Of a stretch of DNA of 64,000 bases, positions 1-12,786 are shown one piece after another; the first letter of the stretch is position 1; the number at the start of each line of letters is the position of its first letter. Where the stretch lies: contig CM059432.1 of assembly GCA_030390025.1 (NCBI GenBank), forward strand, positions 149,856,001 to 149,920,000, in the 5' to 3' direction. The position numbers and the translations under genes are program-made. The stretch comes from Squalus acanthias. Taxonomy: Eukaryota. The notes beneath the pieces were generated by a model that was given only the letters and a program-made list of their open reading frames with translations, was not told the DNA's origin and ran no database searches.

Positions 1-3000
1 AGGATAAATACTGCAAATTTGGTCCGTGGTCAGGGACAGGAGGATGTGACTGCAAGTGAGGCAGGTATGGGGATCCAGAAGGTAGCATTGGAGGAGCCTC
101 AGCCCTTGCACTTGTCCAACAGGTACGAGGTTCTTGCAGCCTGTGTGGACGAGAGCAGGGACTGCAGGGAGGATGAGCAAACTGACCACAGCACCGTGGT
201 ACAGGGGGCCATTCAAGTTGGGGGAGTAAAAAGAATGTAGTAGTGGTAGGGGACAGTATAGTTAGGGGGATAGACACTGTTCTCTGCAGCCGAGAGCATG
301 AGTCCCGAAGGCTGTGTTGCCTGCCAGGGTTAAGGACATCTCCTTGGGGCTGGAGAGGAACTTGGAGTGGGAGGGGAAAGATCCAGTTGTCGTGGTCCAC
401 GTAGGTACCAACGACATAGGTAGACTAAGAAAGAGGTTCTGCTGAGGGAGTATGAGCAGCTAGGGGCCAAATTAAAAAGCAGAACCACAAAGGTAATAAT
501 CTCTGGATTACTACCTGAGCCACGAGCAAATTGGCATAGGGTCAATAAGATCAGAGAGTTGAAAGCGTGGCTCAAGGATTGGTGTGGGCGAAATGGGTTT
601 TGATTCATGGGGCACTGGCAACCAGTACTGGGGAAAGAGGGAGCTGTTCCGTTGGGATGGACTTCACTTGAACCATGCTGGACCGGTGTCCTGGCGAATC
701 AAATAATTAGGGCGGTAGATAGGGCTTTAAACTAAATAGTGCGGGGGGAGGGTTCAGGTGAAGGGGAATTTAGAAAGTCAAAGAGGAAGGAGAAGGCAAT
801 TGTGCAGGGTAGCAATAGGGGTAATGATAACCAGAGTGTGACAGGAAGAGACACAGTGTACAAGCATAAGAGTACACCAGCTAATAGGGTCAGAGTAGGG
901 AAAAATGGTAAAAAGACAAAATTAAAGGCTCTTTATCTGAATGCACGCAGCATTCGTAACAAGATAGATGAGTTGACGGCACAAATAGAAATAATTCGGT
1001 ATGATCTGATAGCCATTAGAGACATGGTTGCAAGGTAACCAAGGCTGGGAACTGAATATTCAGGAGTATTTGACATTTCGGAAGAATAGGCAGAAAGGAA
1101 AAGGAGGTGGGGTAGCTCTGTTAATAAGGGATGAGATCAGTGCAGTGGTGGTGAAGATGAAAATAAGATTGGCAAAGAGAGAATATGAGAGTAGAATGGC
1201 GGTTAACATAAAAGGGAACCCAAAAATCTTCTACTGGCATGTAAACAGTAAGCGTGTAGTAAGAGGCGGGGTGGGGCCTATTAGAAGGTGATATATGCTT
1301 AGAGGCACAGGGCAAGGCTAGAATACTCAATGAGTACTTTGTATCAGTGTTTACAAAGGAGGTGGATGCTGACAAAATATCGGTAGCAGTGGAAAAGGTA
1401 GAAGCAATGGAAGGGGTGAAAATTGATAGACAGGATGTACGAGAAAGGCTGGGTATGCTTAGAGTGGATAAGTCACCTGGTCCAGATGGCTTGTATCCCA
1501 GATTGCTAAGGGAATTGGGGGAGGAGATAACGGAAGGGCTTGTCATAATTTTCCAATCTTCCCTAGATGCAGGGGAGGTGCCTGAGGATTGGAAAGTGGC
1601 AAATGTGACACCATTGTTCAAGAAAGGGTGTAAGGACAATCCTAGTAACTACAGGCCGGTTAGTTTAACATCAGTGGTGTGTAAAGTTTTAGAAACAATA
1701 ATCAAGGAAAAAGTTAACAGGCACTTGGAGAGGTTTAAGCTAATTAAGGAGAGCCAACACGGATTTGTAAAAGGCAGATCATGTTTGACTAATCTAATTG
1801 AATTTTTTGATGAAGTAACAGGGAGGATCGATGAAGGGAATGCAATGGATGTTGTCTACATGGATTTTAGGAAGGCGTTTGACAAAGTACCACATAGAAG
1901 GCTGGTTAACAAAATTGAGGCTCATGAATAGGTGGGTCAGTGGCAGCTTGGATAAGGAATTGGCTTAAAGACAGAAAACAGCGAGTTGTGGTAAATGGCT
2001 GTTTTTCAGACTGGAGGATGGTAGACAGTGGTGTTCCCCAAGAGTCAGTGCTGGGGCCACTGCTTTTTTGATAGATAGAAATGACCTGGATATTGGTATA
2101 CAAAGTAGACTTTCTAAATTTGCTGATGACACCAAACTTGGGGGTGTGGCAAACAGTGAGGATGATACCAATCGACTGCAACAGGACATAGAAAGGCTAG
2201 CAGAATGGGCAGACAAGTGGCAGATGGAATTTAATACAGAGAAGTGTGAGGTGATGCATTTTGTCAGAAGGAACAGGGAGAGGCAATATAGACTTATTGG
2301 CACAGTTTTAAAGAGTGTGCAGGGACAGAGGGACCTGGGAGTTAATGTGCATAGGTCCCTGAAGGTGGCAGGACATATTGAGAGAGTGGTTAGCAAAGCA
2401 TATGGGATCTTGGGTTTCATAAATAGAGGTATTGAGTACAAAAGTAGAGAAGTTATGCTGAACCTTTATAAAGCGCTGGTTAGGCCACAACTGGAGTATT
2501 GCATCTAGTTCTGGTCACCACACTTTAGGAAGGATGTGAAGGCCTTTGAGAGGGTACAGAGGAGATTTACCAGAATGGTTCCGGGGATGGGGGCTCTTAG
2601 CTACAAGGACAGGTTGGAGAAGCTGGATTTGTTTTCATTAGAGCAAAGGAGGTTGAGGGGTGATTTGATAGAGGTGTACAAGATTATGACGGGTTTGGAT
2701 ATGCTAGACGGGGAAAGGCTCTTCCCCTAGTAGATGGTACAAGGACTAATGGACACAGATTGAAGGTTTTGGGCAAGAGATACAGGGGGTATGTGAGGAA
2801 AAACCTTTTTATGCGGTGAGTGGTGAGGACCTAGAACTCGCTGCCGACGGAAGTGGTGGAAGCGGAGACACTCAATGTTTTCATGGAGAGACTGGATAGG
2901 CACTTGAGGGAAATAAACTTGCAGGTCTACGGGGATAGAGCGGGGGAATGGGACTGACTGGATTGTTCTGCAGAGAGCCGGCACGGACTCGATGGGCCAA

Positions 3001-5642
3001 ATGGCCTCCTTTTGTGCCGTTATGAATGACTCTATGAAATGATATTGGCTCAGAAGATAAAGATGTAGAATCAGTTTGGGTGGAGATAAGAAAAAGTAAG
3101 GGAAAGAAGTCACTGGTGGGAGTAGTCGATAGGCCCCCTAACAGTAGCTACACTGTACGACAGAGTATAAATCAAGAAATAATAGGGGCTTGTAAAAAAG
3201 GTACTGCAATAATCAGGGTGATTTTAATCTTCATATCGACTTGACAAATCAAATTGACAAGGGTAGCCTTGAGGACGAGTTCATAGAGTGTATTCGGGAT
3301 ATTTTCTTAGAACAATATGTTGTGGAACCAACCAGGGAGCAGGCTATTTTAGATCTGGTAATGTGTAATGAGACAGGATTAATTAATGATCTCATAGTAA
3401 AGGATCCTCCAGAGAAGAGTGATCATAACATGATAGAATTCCACATTCAGTTTGAGGGTGAGAAACTTGGGTCTGAAACTAGTGTCCTAAATTTAAATAA
3501 AGGCAATTACAAAGGTATGAAGACAGAGTTGGCTAAAGTGGACTGGGAAAATAGATTAAAGTGCAAGATGGTAGATAAGCAGTGACAGACATTTAAGGAG
3601 ATATTTCATAACTCTCAGCAAAGGTTTATTCCAGTGAGAAAGAAAGACTCTACGAGATGGATGAACCAACCATGGCTAACTGAGGAAGTTAAGGAGGGTA
3701 TCAAATTGAAAGAAAAGGCATACAATGTTGCAAAGATTAATGGTAGGCCAGAGGATTGGGAAATTTTTAGAAACCAGCAAAGGATGACTAAAAAAATAAT
3801 AAAGAGGGAGAAGATAGATTAGGAGAGTAAACTAGCAAAAAATATAAAAACAGACAGTAAGAGATTCTACAGGTATATAAAAAGGAAGAGAGTAGCTAAA
3901 GTAAACATTGACCCCTTAGAGGATGAGACTGGGGAACTAATAATGGGAAACAGGGAAATGGCAGAGACTTTGAACATATATTTTGTATCGGTCCTCACGG
4001 TAGAAGACACTAAAAGCATCCCAATAATAATTGATAATCAAGGGGCTATAGGGAGGGAGGAACTTAAAACAATCACTATCACTAGAGAAAAATTACTAAG
4101 CAAAGTAATGGGACGAAATGCCAACAAGTCCCCTGGATGCGTTGGTTGTAATCTACCAAAATTCCCTGGATTCTGGAGAGGTCCCAGTAGATTGGAAAAC
4201 CGCAAATGTAATGCCCCTTATTCAAGAAAGGAGGGAGACAGAAAGCAATAAGCTATAGGTCAGTTAGCCTAACATCTGTCATTGGGGAAATGCTGGAATC
4301 CATTATTAAGGAAGTAATAGCAGGACATTTAGAAAATCATAATACAATCAAGCAGAGTCAACATGGTTTTATGAAAGGGAAATCATGTTTGACAAATTTA
4401 TTAGAGTTCTTTGAGGATGTAACGAGCAGGGTGGCTAAAGGGGAACCAATAGATGTAGTGTATTTGGATTTTCAGAAGGCATTCGATAAGGTGCCACATA
4501 AAAGGTTTTTGCACATAAGAGCTCATGGGGTTGGGGGTAATATATTAGCATGAATAGAGGATTGGCTAACTAACAGAAAACAAAGAGTCGGGATAAATGG
4601 GTAATTTTCAGGTTGGCAAACGGTAACTAGTGGGGTGCCACAGGGATCAGTGCTGGGGCCTCAACTATTTACAATCTATATTAATGACTTGGATGAGGGG
4701 ACCGAGTGTACTGTAGCCAAATTTGCTGATGATACAAAGACAAGTGGGAAAGCAAATTGTGAGGAGGACACAGAGTCTGCAAAGGGATATACATAGGTTA
4801 AATGAGTGGGCAAAAATTTGGCAGATGGAGTATAATGTGGGTAAATGTGAGGTTATCCACTTTGGTAGGAAGAATAAAAAAGCAAATGATTATTTAAATG
4901 GAGAGAGACTATAGAATGCTGTGGTACAAAAGGATCTGGGTGTCCTCGTACATGAAACACAAAAAGTTAGCATGCAGGTATAGCAAGTAATTAGGAAGGC
5001 AAATGGAATGTTGGCCCTTTTTGCAAGGGAGATGGGATATAAAAGTAGGGAAGTGTTGCTACAACTGTACAAGGCGCTGGTGAGACCACATCTGGAGTAC
5101 TGTGTGCAGTTTTGGTCTCCTTATTTAAGGAAGGATATACTTGCATTGGAGGCAGTTCAGAGAAGGTTCACTAGGTTGATTCCTGAGATGAGGGGGTTGT
5201 CTTATGAGGAAATGTTGAGCAGGTTGGGCCTATACTCATTGGAGTTTAGAAGAATGAGAGGTGATCTTATTGAAACATATAAGATTCTGAGTGGGTTTGA
5301 TAGGGTAGATGCAGAGAGGATGTTTCCCCTCATGGGGGGAATCTAGAACTAGGGGGCATAGTTTCAGAATAAGGGGGCACCCATTTAAAACAGAGATGAG
5401 GAGGAATTTCTTCTCAGAGGGTTGTGAATCTTTGGAATTCTCTTCCCCAGAGAGCTGTGAAGGCTGGGTCATTGATATATTCAAGGCGGAGATAGACAGA
5501 TATTTGAGATATAGGGGAGTCAAGGGTTATGGGGAGCGGGCGGGAAAGTGGAATTGAGGCCAAGATCAGATCAGCCATGATCTTATTGAAAGGCTCGAGG
5601 GGCCGAATGGCCTCCTCCTGCTCCTATTTCTTATGTTCTTAC
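1..5642 (+). mobile_element. CR1 LINE, near full-length and decayed (ORF1 esterase part plus ORF2 APE endonuclease/RT); split by a nested CR1 at ~1151-3035
   Basis: ORF1 GDSIVRG (SGNH esterase) motif near 250; endonuclease N-terminus LYLNARSIRNK (739-1038); the frame IRDEISAVV breaks at ~1150 and resumes as NDIGSEDKDVESVWVE at ~3037; RT motifs [42 protein letters not shown]; 3' UTR ending ctcctatttcttatgttctt. Many stops and frameshifts. Confidence 0.93.
1151..3035 (+). mobile_element. 5'-truncated CR1 LINE (different subfamily) nested in the first CR1
   Basis: ORFs 1347-1931, 2068-2508 and 2536-2730 carry RT motifs ([32 protein letters not shown]). It has its own 3' UTR ending tatgaatgactctatg, the same subfamily as the minus copy at 19477-21968. 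Confidence 0.92.
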
Positions 5643-5685
5643 TATAACATTGGACTATAACCTGGTGTTGTGCGACTTCTCATTT
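5643..5685 (+). mobile_element. Ultra-short Penelope-like element 3' terminus inserted in a CR1 tail
   Basis: ttggactataacctggtgttgtgcgacttctcatttt equals the reverse complement of 17960-17996; flanked by TTATGTTCTTAC at 5631-5642 and 5686-5697. Confidence 0.8.
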
Positions 5686-5892
5686 TTATGTTCTTACGTT
5701 CTTATTCTAAAAGATTTCTCCCCCTAACTTCAATGGTAGTTGTGTTGCTGAAGCTGTTGTTGGTTTATATTGAATCAGAGGATTGTTTCCATACAGCTGA
5801 GTTTCCAATGCCTGAACTGGTGGTCATTCTCCATGGTCTTGTCCTGTCCTGGTTGACTGATTCTGGCCGCTATGTCTAAAGTCAGCATTAAA

Positions 5893-6400
5893 ACACAACA
5901 ACAGCAACAACTTGTATTTATATAGCACCTTTAACGTAGTAAAACGTCCCAAGGCGCTGCACAGGAGCGTTATAAGACAAAAAATTTGACACCGATCCAC
6001 ATAAGGAGAAATTAGGGCAGGCGACCAAAAGCTTGGTCAAACAGGTAGGTTTTAAGGAGCGTCTTAAAGGAGGAAAGAGAGGTAGAGAGGTGGAGAGGTT
6101 TAGGCAGGGAATTCCAGAGCTTAGGGCCTAGGCAACAGAAGGCACGGCCACCAATGGTTGAGCGATTGAAATCAGGGATGCTCAAGAGGGCAGAATTAGA
6201 GGAGCGCAGATCTCTCGGGGGGGTTGTGGGGCTGGAGGAGGTTACAGAGATAGGGAGGGGCGAGGCCATGGAGGGATTTGAAAACAAGGATGAGAATTTT
6301 GAAATCGAGGCGCTGCTTAACCGGGAGCCAATGTAGGTCAGCGAGCACAGGGGTGATGGGTGAACGGGACTTGGTGCGAGTTAGGACACGGGCAGCCGAC
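5893..6400 (-). mobile_element. L2 LINE 3' fragment
   Basis: SPITPVLADLHWLPVKQRLDFKIL and IGGRAF..GPKLWNSLP..SFKTLLKTYLFDQAF (L2 RT C-terminus); 3' tail of (ttg)n repeats; same family as 57880-58668. Confidence 0.9.
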
Positions 6401-7884
6401 ACCTCAGAAACATTGCCCTGCTGTAAATGTCAGTTCCCCTCAGAAACACAAACGCTCTCAACCTAAACATCCGCTGGTACGGATTTTTTATTCAATAGTT
6501 TAAAAAGCGAAACAAGAAAATAAAGGCGACAAATTTCCTCGGCTGCTCAGCCAGACTCCTGCCATAACTCCTGTAAAAGACCAGGATCCAGATATGCCGA
6601 CACTGGGAGTTCCTGCTTGGCCTTGCAAGGAGTGGAGCCTCTGCTTGCCCCTTACCAGACCGATGACACAAAGGGAGCAGAGTAAGACATGAGACTAGGA
6701 AGGGGATTCCATACCCTGGGAATTCCTGCTTCTCTGGCCGGCAAGGAAGCCAGCGTAAGAATGGAGGCCAGTACGCCAAGCCAGATGAGGCGTCCCAACC
6801 TATAGAAGGGTACAATTGGGCCCTGGTCCAGTCCACTGAAGTGGCCGTGATCCTAAAAGATGGGAAAAGTTAAAACTATGTCAGTATCAGCTCCCTCACA
6901 CAAGGGACCAAAGATAGCAGAGGATGGGCTCTGGAGAGGGAGGTACTGGGAAAACATCCACCATGTCGCTGGTGGTCGCTGGGATTGTGGCCCATGGATT
7001 TCTGACCTACAAGTGATTTTTATTTTTATTTCCATCACCTGTGCCTCACTATTATTTTCTGCCTGGGTCGCCGCGTATTCTGAGCATCATAGGTCACGCG
7101 CTGTCCCACAGATCGTCCCTCAGCTGAGAGAATGGGCAGGAGATGAGCACTAGGCCTCTCCCTGTCCTATTGCTGAATACCACCAGCTATGGAGGTGGGG
7201 TAAGTAAGGTAACAGGTCCGCATCCCCTGACGATTCCAGTCTCTTCTCTCTGTACAAGTGAATTTTTTTAATAAGTGCCCATCTTCAGGGGTCCAGGTTG
7301 TTTCCTTGGCTTGACATCCCCCCATCCCCACTGCCCCCCCCCCCCCCCACCCCCCGTCTGTCCCTAGTGGAGCCCACTCGCACCGCTCCAGAGTACCTCA
7401 TCTGGGGTTGCGAACCCTCCCAGATTGCCTTGGAGTCTTCTGGAATGGGGCATGGATCTTCGATACTCATCAATGCTTGCGTAGCATAGCCAGTGGCTGT
7501 GTTTAAGAGCGTTCAATTAAATACCTCATTAAAAGAGATCTTTGATGAAATGTTATCACTCCACAGGATCTTATAACTCAGATGGGATGAACTAGCTCAG
7601 CCATCCTTTTTGATCCTCATCCCTAATCTTGAAGAAGAGCTGCAGGTTACAATATTACTCATCTATTGGTGCTTGAAAACACCAGCGGGTTGAGACTGCT
7701 GCTTTGTGAAGACACCATGCTGAGGAACGTCGAAGTGAAAGCTCAAGGTTTAGTAAACTCTGTTATTTCAGATCATGAGGAGCATTTTCTATCTTCCTGC
7801 AGAAAGTATTTGAATGCATTTTTTTTCAGGAAAAACTGGCTTGTTGCTCCATTTGATAACGTAAAAGAAAGTGATGTTTAGACT

Positions 7885-8027
7885 AGCAACCAAGAGTTCA
7901 AATCCATCCATGACAAGTTGTGAAACTGAATTTAATAAATCTGGTAATGTGTGCAACGGCGCCAGAGAAAATGACCACGAAAGCTGCTGCATTGTTACTA
8001 AAAGCCCAACTGGTTCACTAATGTCAT
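7885..8027 (+). mobile_element. Partial tRNA-derived SINE (same family as 13974-14388)
   Basis: B-box-like gagttcaaatcc followed by the conserved core ccaactggttcactaatgtc. Confidence 0.6.
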
Positions 8028-8204
8028 GAAGAGGAGCCTGTAGAAACAAACCAGTTTTTGATAAATGCATTAAAGTACATGTAAAATAGTTAGACAGAAA
8101 AAGGTCTTAATGTTCTGAAATAACACAGTTTACTAATCCTCGAGGCTTCACTTAGACTGTGCTCAGCATGACGCCATCACCTGTGACTCCTCTGAAGTTG
8201 TCTA

Positions 8205-8686
8205 GCAAGTACTGCGTTCAGTTTTGGGCACCGAAACTCAGGAAGGAGACATTAGCCAGCAGAATTATCCTGGCATCTCCAGGAACTAAAGATTAATCTC
8301 CCGGACACTCCTGCGAGCAACCCAGGAGAAAAGTCATAGGAGCATTAAAATAAAATTGTGCATTTCTTTTCATTTCCTTTGAGCACTTTCTGTTTATAAG
8401 TTATAAAAATTTTGGCGATGTGGCAAAAATTGGCTATTTGACTGGGTGGGGCAGTTGGAGGCGGGAGGTCATGTGAAACCTCCAGGAACATGTCCAACCA
8501 GGAGTTGGCAACCCTAGCCTTGGAGTGGGTGCAGCGCAGATTCACCAGAGTGATACCAGGGCTCAGAGGATTTATTTATGAGGACAGGTTGCATAAACTC
8601 GGCTAGAATACAGGTATAGAAGATTGAGAGCTGATCTGATCAAGTTGTTTAAAATGTTAAAAGACTTCAATAGGGTAGATACAGAG
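8205..8686 (+). mobile_element. Old CR1 fragment interrupted by a ~260 bp DNA-element remnant (8258-8516)
   Basis: tactgcgttcagttttgggcacc..ggaaggagacattagcc resumes as tagccttggag..cagcgcagattcaccaga; the insert ends in ggagttggcaacccta (TAGGGTTGCCAAC-type terminus). Confidence 0.65.
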
Positions 8687-9665
8687 GCTGAGATTTTCCA
8701 GGGGGGTCAGCGGGCGCGGTCGGTGGCGGTTCGGGTGGGAAAGTTTTTTCCCCCAGCGGGTCGGGACCCCGCTGTGAACCCACCGCCACACACCTTTACC
8801 AAATGTCGGGTCTGTCAGCGCTGAGCAGACCCGACACACAGCGGTGGGGGACCCAATTCGGGCAATTATGACTTTGTTTAGAGATCATTAAGAACACATT
8901 TGAGCTCACTTTTTGATTTTACGTGCTTGCCCACAGGGTCCTCGCTGCTCGGGGACCACGTCTGTCAAGCTGAGGCAGGAGATGAATAGCCATTGAATCA
9001 GCTGTTGAGTTGACAGCTTCAAATGTACAGTAAAAGCTCCTACCTTACAGAGATATCTTCCCTCAGCCACAAGCTCTTCCTCACTGCATTTCCACAACAG
9101 ATTCACCATGCTGCAAGTCTTTACACAAGTCTCCATCCAGTCTGACCTCATTACCTCTCTCACCATTGACAGATCGCTTCTGTCATCTCTACTTCACCTG
9201 CCGTCTATTCCATCAACATGGGTGCCCTTTATACTCTCTCACCTTGGTCCTCAGAATACCACCACGATCAGCCCCAACACCAGCAGCACCAACAACAACA
9301 CCAACCTTCTCCGCAACCACCTGATGCTGCACAGGACACAGGACATCAGCACCCAACCACATTGCTGCCCGGGACGCCAGGGATGGCCTCACCATGGCCA
9401 GATTTACTTCACTTGATGCTGTTCACCCTGGCTGCTACATGATGCGCCAGGTTGGCACCACCCCGCACCAACACCATAAAGCATCCCTACAATGCCCAAG
9501 CCACTCCTTTCACACTCACCACCATTGCGGGGCGTACCGTTATGTCTCACCATTCACTGCAACTCACTAAGCCACTTCCAAAGGTGCACACAAATCTGTC
9601 CAAGAACGCAAAGTGTTGAAAATAAAGATTTCAATGTGTGACACCACATTAACAAAAATAAAATC
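8686..9665 (+). mobile_element. Internally deleted PIF/Harbinger remnant
   Basis: Starts with the TIR-like ggctgagattttcc and a GC-rich subterminal region. The Q/P-rich MGALY...QPQHQQHQQQH segment (9218) resembles the N-termini of the Harbinger transposases in this window; AATAAA at ~9620. Confidence 0.5.
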
Positions 9666-11404
9666 ATTGCTGTTGTTAGATTCGAATTTGGGACTTTTTC
9701 ACAGGGGCCCACTTCTGACACCAGGACTAATTAAAGTCCTAAGAGGTCACCCCTGCTCCCAGCATCCCAATTACTCACCAACGGGCCTTACTGTTACATC
9801 GAATTTGGAGCAAAACCAGACGGAGATGGAACTGAAGACAAAGTAAAAGTTTATTAGAAACTAGCCAGAAGGCTTTGTGCACAAAGGGAGAGAGGTTGAT
9901 CTCCTCAGACTCGAACCCAACTCTCAAAGGAAAAACTACATACAAGCATTGATATACCTTTCGATAGGCAACACCCACAGGTTACAAAAGTGGGCGTACA
10001 CATACAAACAGCGTCGCTACCATTGCTCCCTTATTGGTTAATGATCAGTCACTCAATGTTGGGAGCCGCCCTGAAATGTTCTGTGACATTAAACATAACA
10101 CATAGTTTGTTATACATGGGGCCTTCATCTAGTCTCTGGGAGCGAGGTCTACCAGACTCCATCTTGTCTCTCAAACGAGGTCATACCACACTTATCTTTC
10201 CTTTCCCATGCGGTTGTACCTGACCAACACTTTGTTAATTCTCGAGAAAAGCTTATTATGGTAAACAATGTCAGCTCCAAAGGGAGATAAGGGGTCTGAG
10301 GCCAAGAGAGAAATGTCCGACTCCCTGTACAGTTCAGTTTCCCTTATCTCTTCAGAAGGCCAACTACATCTAAACACTGCTTCTGTAGCACTGATAATGA
10401 CCTTCTAAAATGCCTGGAAATCAGTGCTGTGGCACCAATAGTCTGGCTTCTTGTAAGCAGCGATTCTTACAGTACTATTTAAAAGGGTTAATATAATGAA
10501 CCAAATAGTCCATCATGCTTTGCAACTATCTAAAAGCTATATGTATGTATTGATATCCCTCTATAAGTGAATTAACTATCCTTTAGACATGATTTCTAAT
10601 ATTATTGCCCTACAGCCTTGGTTAATATATATTTAAAGACTAAGGGGTATAGGCTTCGTTTCACAGGCCTAATTTGCGATCCCACACTGTGGAGTTAGGA
10701 GGAGCAGGAGTGCTTACCCGACTCCAGAGGTATACCAATCTCCCCCACATTTCCCCCGCTGCTGCTCTACACCCCCCTCTTCCTCCAGGGACTTCAGTTA
10801 TAACTTGGGAAGACCGAAGCTACACCTAAACATCTCACTTATACATGGCAAAAACTGATCTGCGGTTCTACACTGGGACAATAGTTTTAGAACTCACTAA
10901 TTGCATTTCCATAGTGACAAACTGCCAATCGAGCGGCAGATCAGCATTTCTGCTTCTCAGGCTAGTTAATGGAGTGTCCCATTCTGGAAAAATCTGGCAC
11001 TTCAGCTGGAGGTCGGGGTTGAAAATTTACTTTCGCATGTTCACCAGCTACTAATGGAAAAAACAGCATGATTATCAAGACCGCAGAGAGACTGGAGCTC
11101 ATGAAAGGATCCGATGAGAGGAACAAGTCAATTAGCTCTCAGCCATAACTGATGTGCGTCACCACAGGCCTCCTGTCAAAGATGAGGCTGTGACGGAGAA
11201 AGCGTGTCTTGTGAAAGAGATACATTGGGTTCAGCTCTCACTTTTAGCTTTATTTGTTTTAATTTCTCTTCCCTAAATTGCAGATGATCCAATGATCTAT
11301 TCAGATCGGACAGAAACGTGGCTTTCCTTAATTGTTTTTCATTTTACCAAGTGGCATGCGCTTTCTTTACCTTGCAGGCCAGTTCCAATTCTTTGCAATG
11401 GTGC

Positions 11405-12177
11405 TGAACATACAAATTAGGAGCAGGAGTAGGCCACTCGGCCCCTCGAGCCTGCTCCGCCATTCAATAAGATCATGGCTGATCTGATTACTCCACATTC
11501 CCGCCTACCCCCGATAACCTTTCACCCCCTTGCTTCTCAAGAATCTATCTACCTCTGCCTTAAAAACATTCAAAGACTCTGCTTCCACCGCCCTCTGAGG
11601 AAGAGAGTTCCAAAGACTCACCACCCTCTGAGAGAAAAAATGTCTCCTCATCTCTGTCTTAAATGGGCGACCCCTTATTTTTAAACAGTGACCCCTAGTT
11701 CTAGATTCTCCCACAAGAGGAAACATCCTCTCCACATCCACCCTGTCAAGACCCCTCAGGATCTTATATGTTTCAATCAAGTCACCTCTTACTCTTCTAA
11801 ACTCCAGCGATACAAGCCTAGCCTGTCCAACCTTTCCTCATAAGACAACCCGCCCATTCCAGGTATTAGTCTAGTAAACCTTCTCTGAACTGCTTCCAAC
11901 ACAGTTACATCCTTCCTTAAATAAGGAGACCAATACTGGACACAGTACTCCAGATGTGGTCTCAGCAATGCCCTGTATAACTGAAGCATAACCTCCCTAC
12001 TTTTGTATTCAATTCCCCTCGCAATAAACGATAACATTCTATTAGCTTTCCTAATTACTTGCTGTACCTGCACACTAACCTTTTGCGATTCATGCACTAG
12101 GACACCCAGATCCCTCTACATCTCAGAGCTCTGCAATCTCTCACCATTTAGATAATATGCTTCTTTTTTATTTTGCC
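11405..12177 (-). mobile_element. CR1 3' fragment
   Basis: ORFs 11789-12097 and 11505-11780 (RPHLEYCVQYWSP..., RVVSLWNSLP) plus the 3' UTR. Confidence 0.93.
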
Positions 12178-12210
12178 CTTGTGATGTGCACAACCTGTCA
12201 CTGGATTCTA

Positions 12211-12348
12211 GGAGGTGAAATTGTGCCAATCGTGTGAAACGGACAGATAGCGAATCAATGGAAAAGTAAATAGGGCGTGATGTAATACGGGCTGCTGATT
12301 CGCTATGAGCTTGTTTCGTGCTACTGGCATCGACCAATTTCACCACCC
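12211..12348. mobile_element. Small MITE
   Basis: Inverted ends ggaggtgaaattg / caatttcaccacc; no clear TSD. Confidence 0.55.
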
Positions 12349-12427
12349 TCGTGTTTTCAGACAGATGGGGTAGTGTTTAGTTCTTTGCAAAGCAGACTTT
12401 GCAGATTCCTGCAAGGGTCGGCTGCGT

Positions 12428-12780
12428 TTAGAAACATAGAAACATAGAAAATAGGTACAGGAGTAGACCATTCGGTCCTTCGAGCCTGCACCGCCATTCA
12501 ATGCGTTCATGGCTGAACATGCTACCTCAGTACCCCATTCCTGCTTTCTCGCCATACCCCTTGATCCCCTTAGTTGTGAGTGTTATATCTAACTCCCTTT
12601 TGAATATATTTAGCGAACTGGCCTCAACAACCTTCTGTGGAAGAGAATTCCATAGATTCACCACTCTCTGGGTGAAGAAGTTCCTCCTCAGCTCAGTCCT
12701 AAATGGCTTCCCCTTAATCCTTAGACTGTGACCCCTGGTTCTAGTTTTCCCTACCATTGGGAACATTCTGCCCGCATTTG
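12428..12780 (-). mobile_element. CR1 3' fragment
   Basis: RMFPMVGKTRTRGHSLRIKGKPFRTELRRNFFTQRVVNLWNSLP; (tttctatg)n tail. Confidence 0.92.
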
Positions 12781-12786
12781 TCATAG

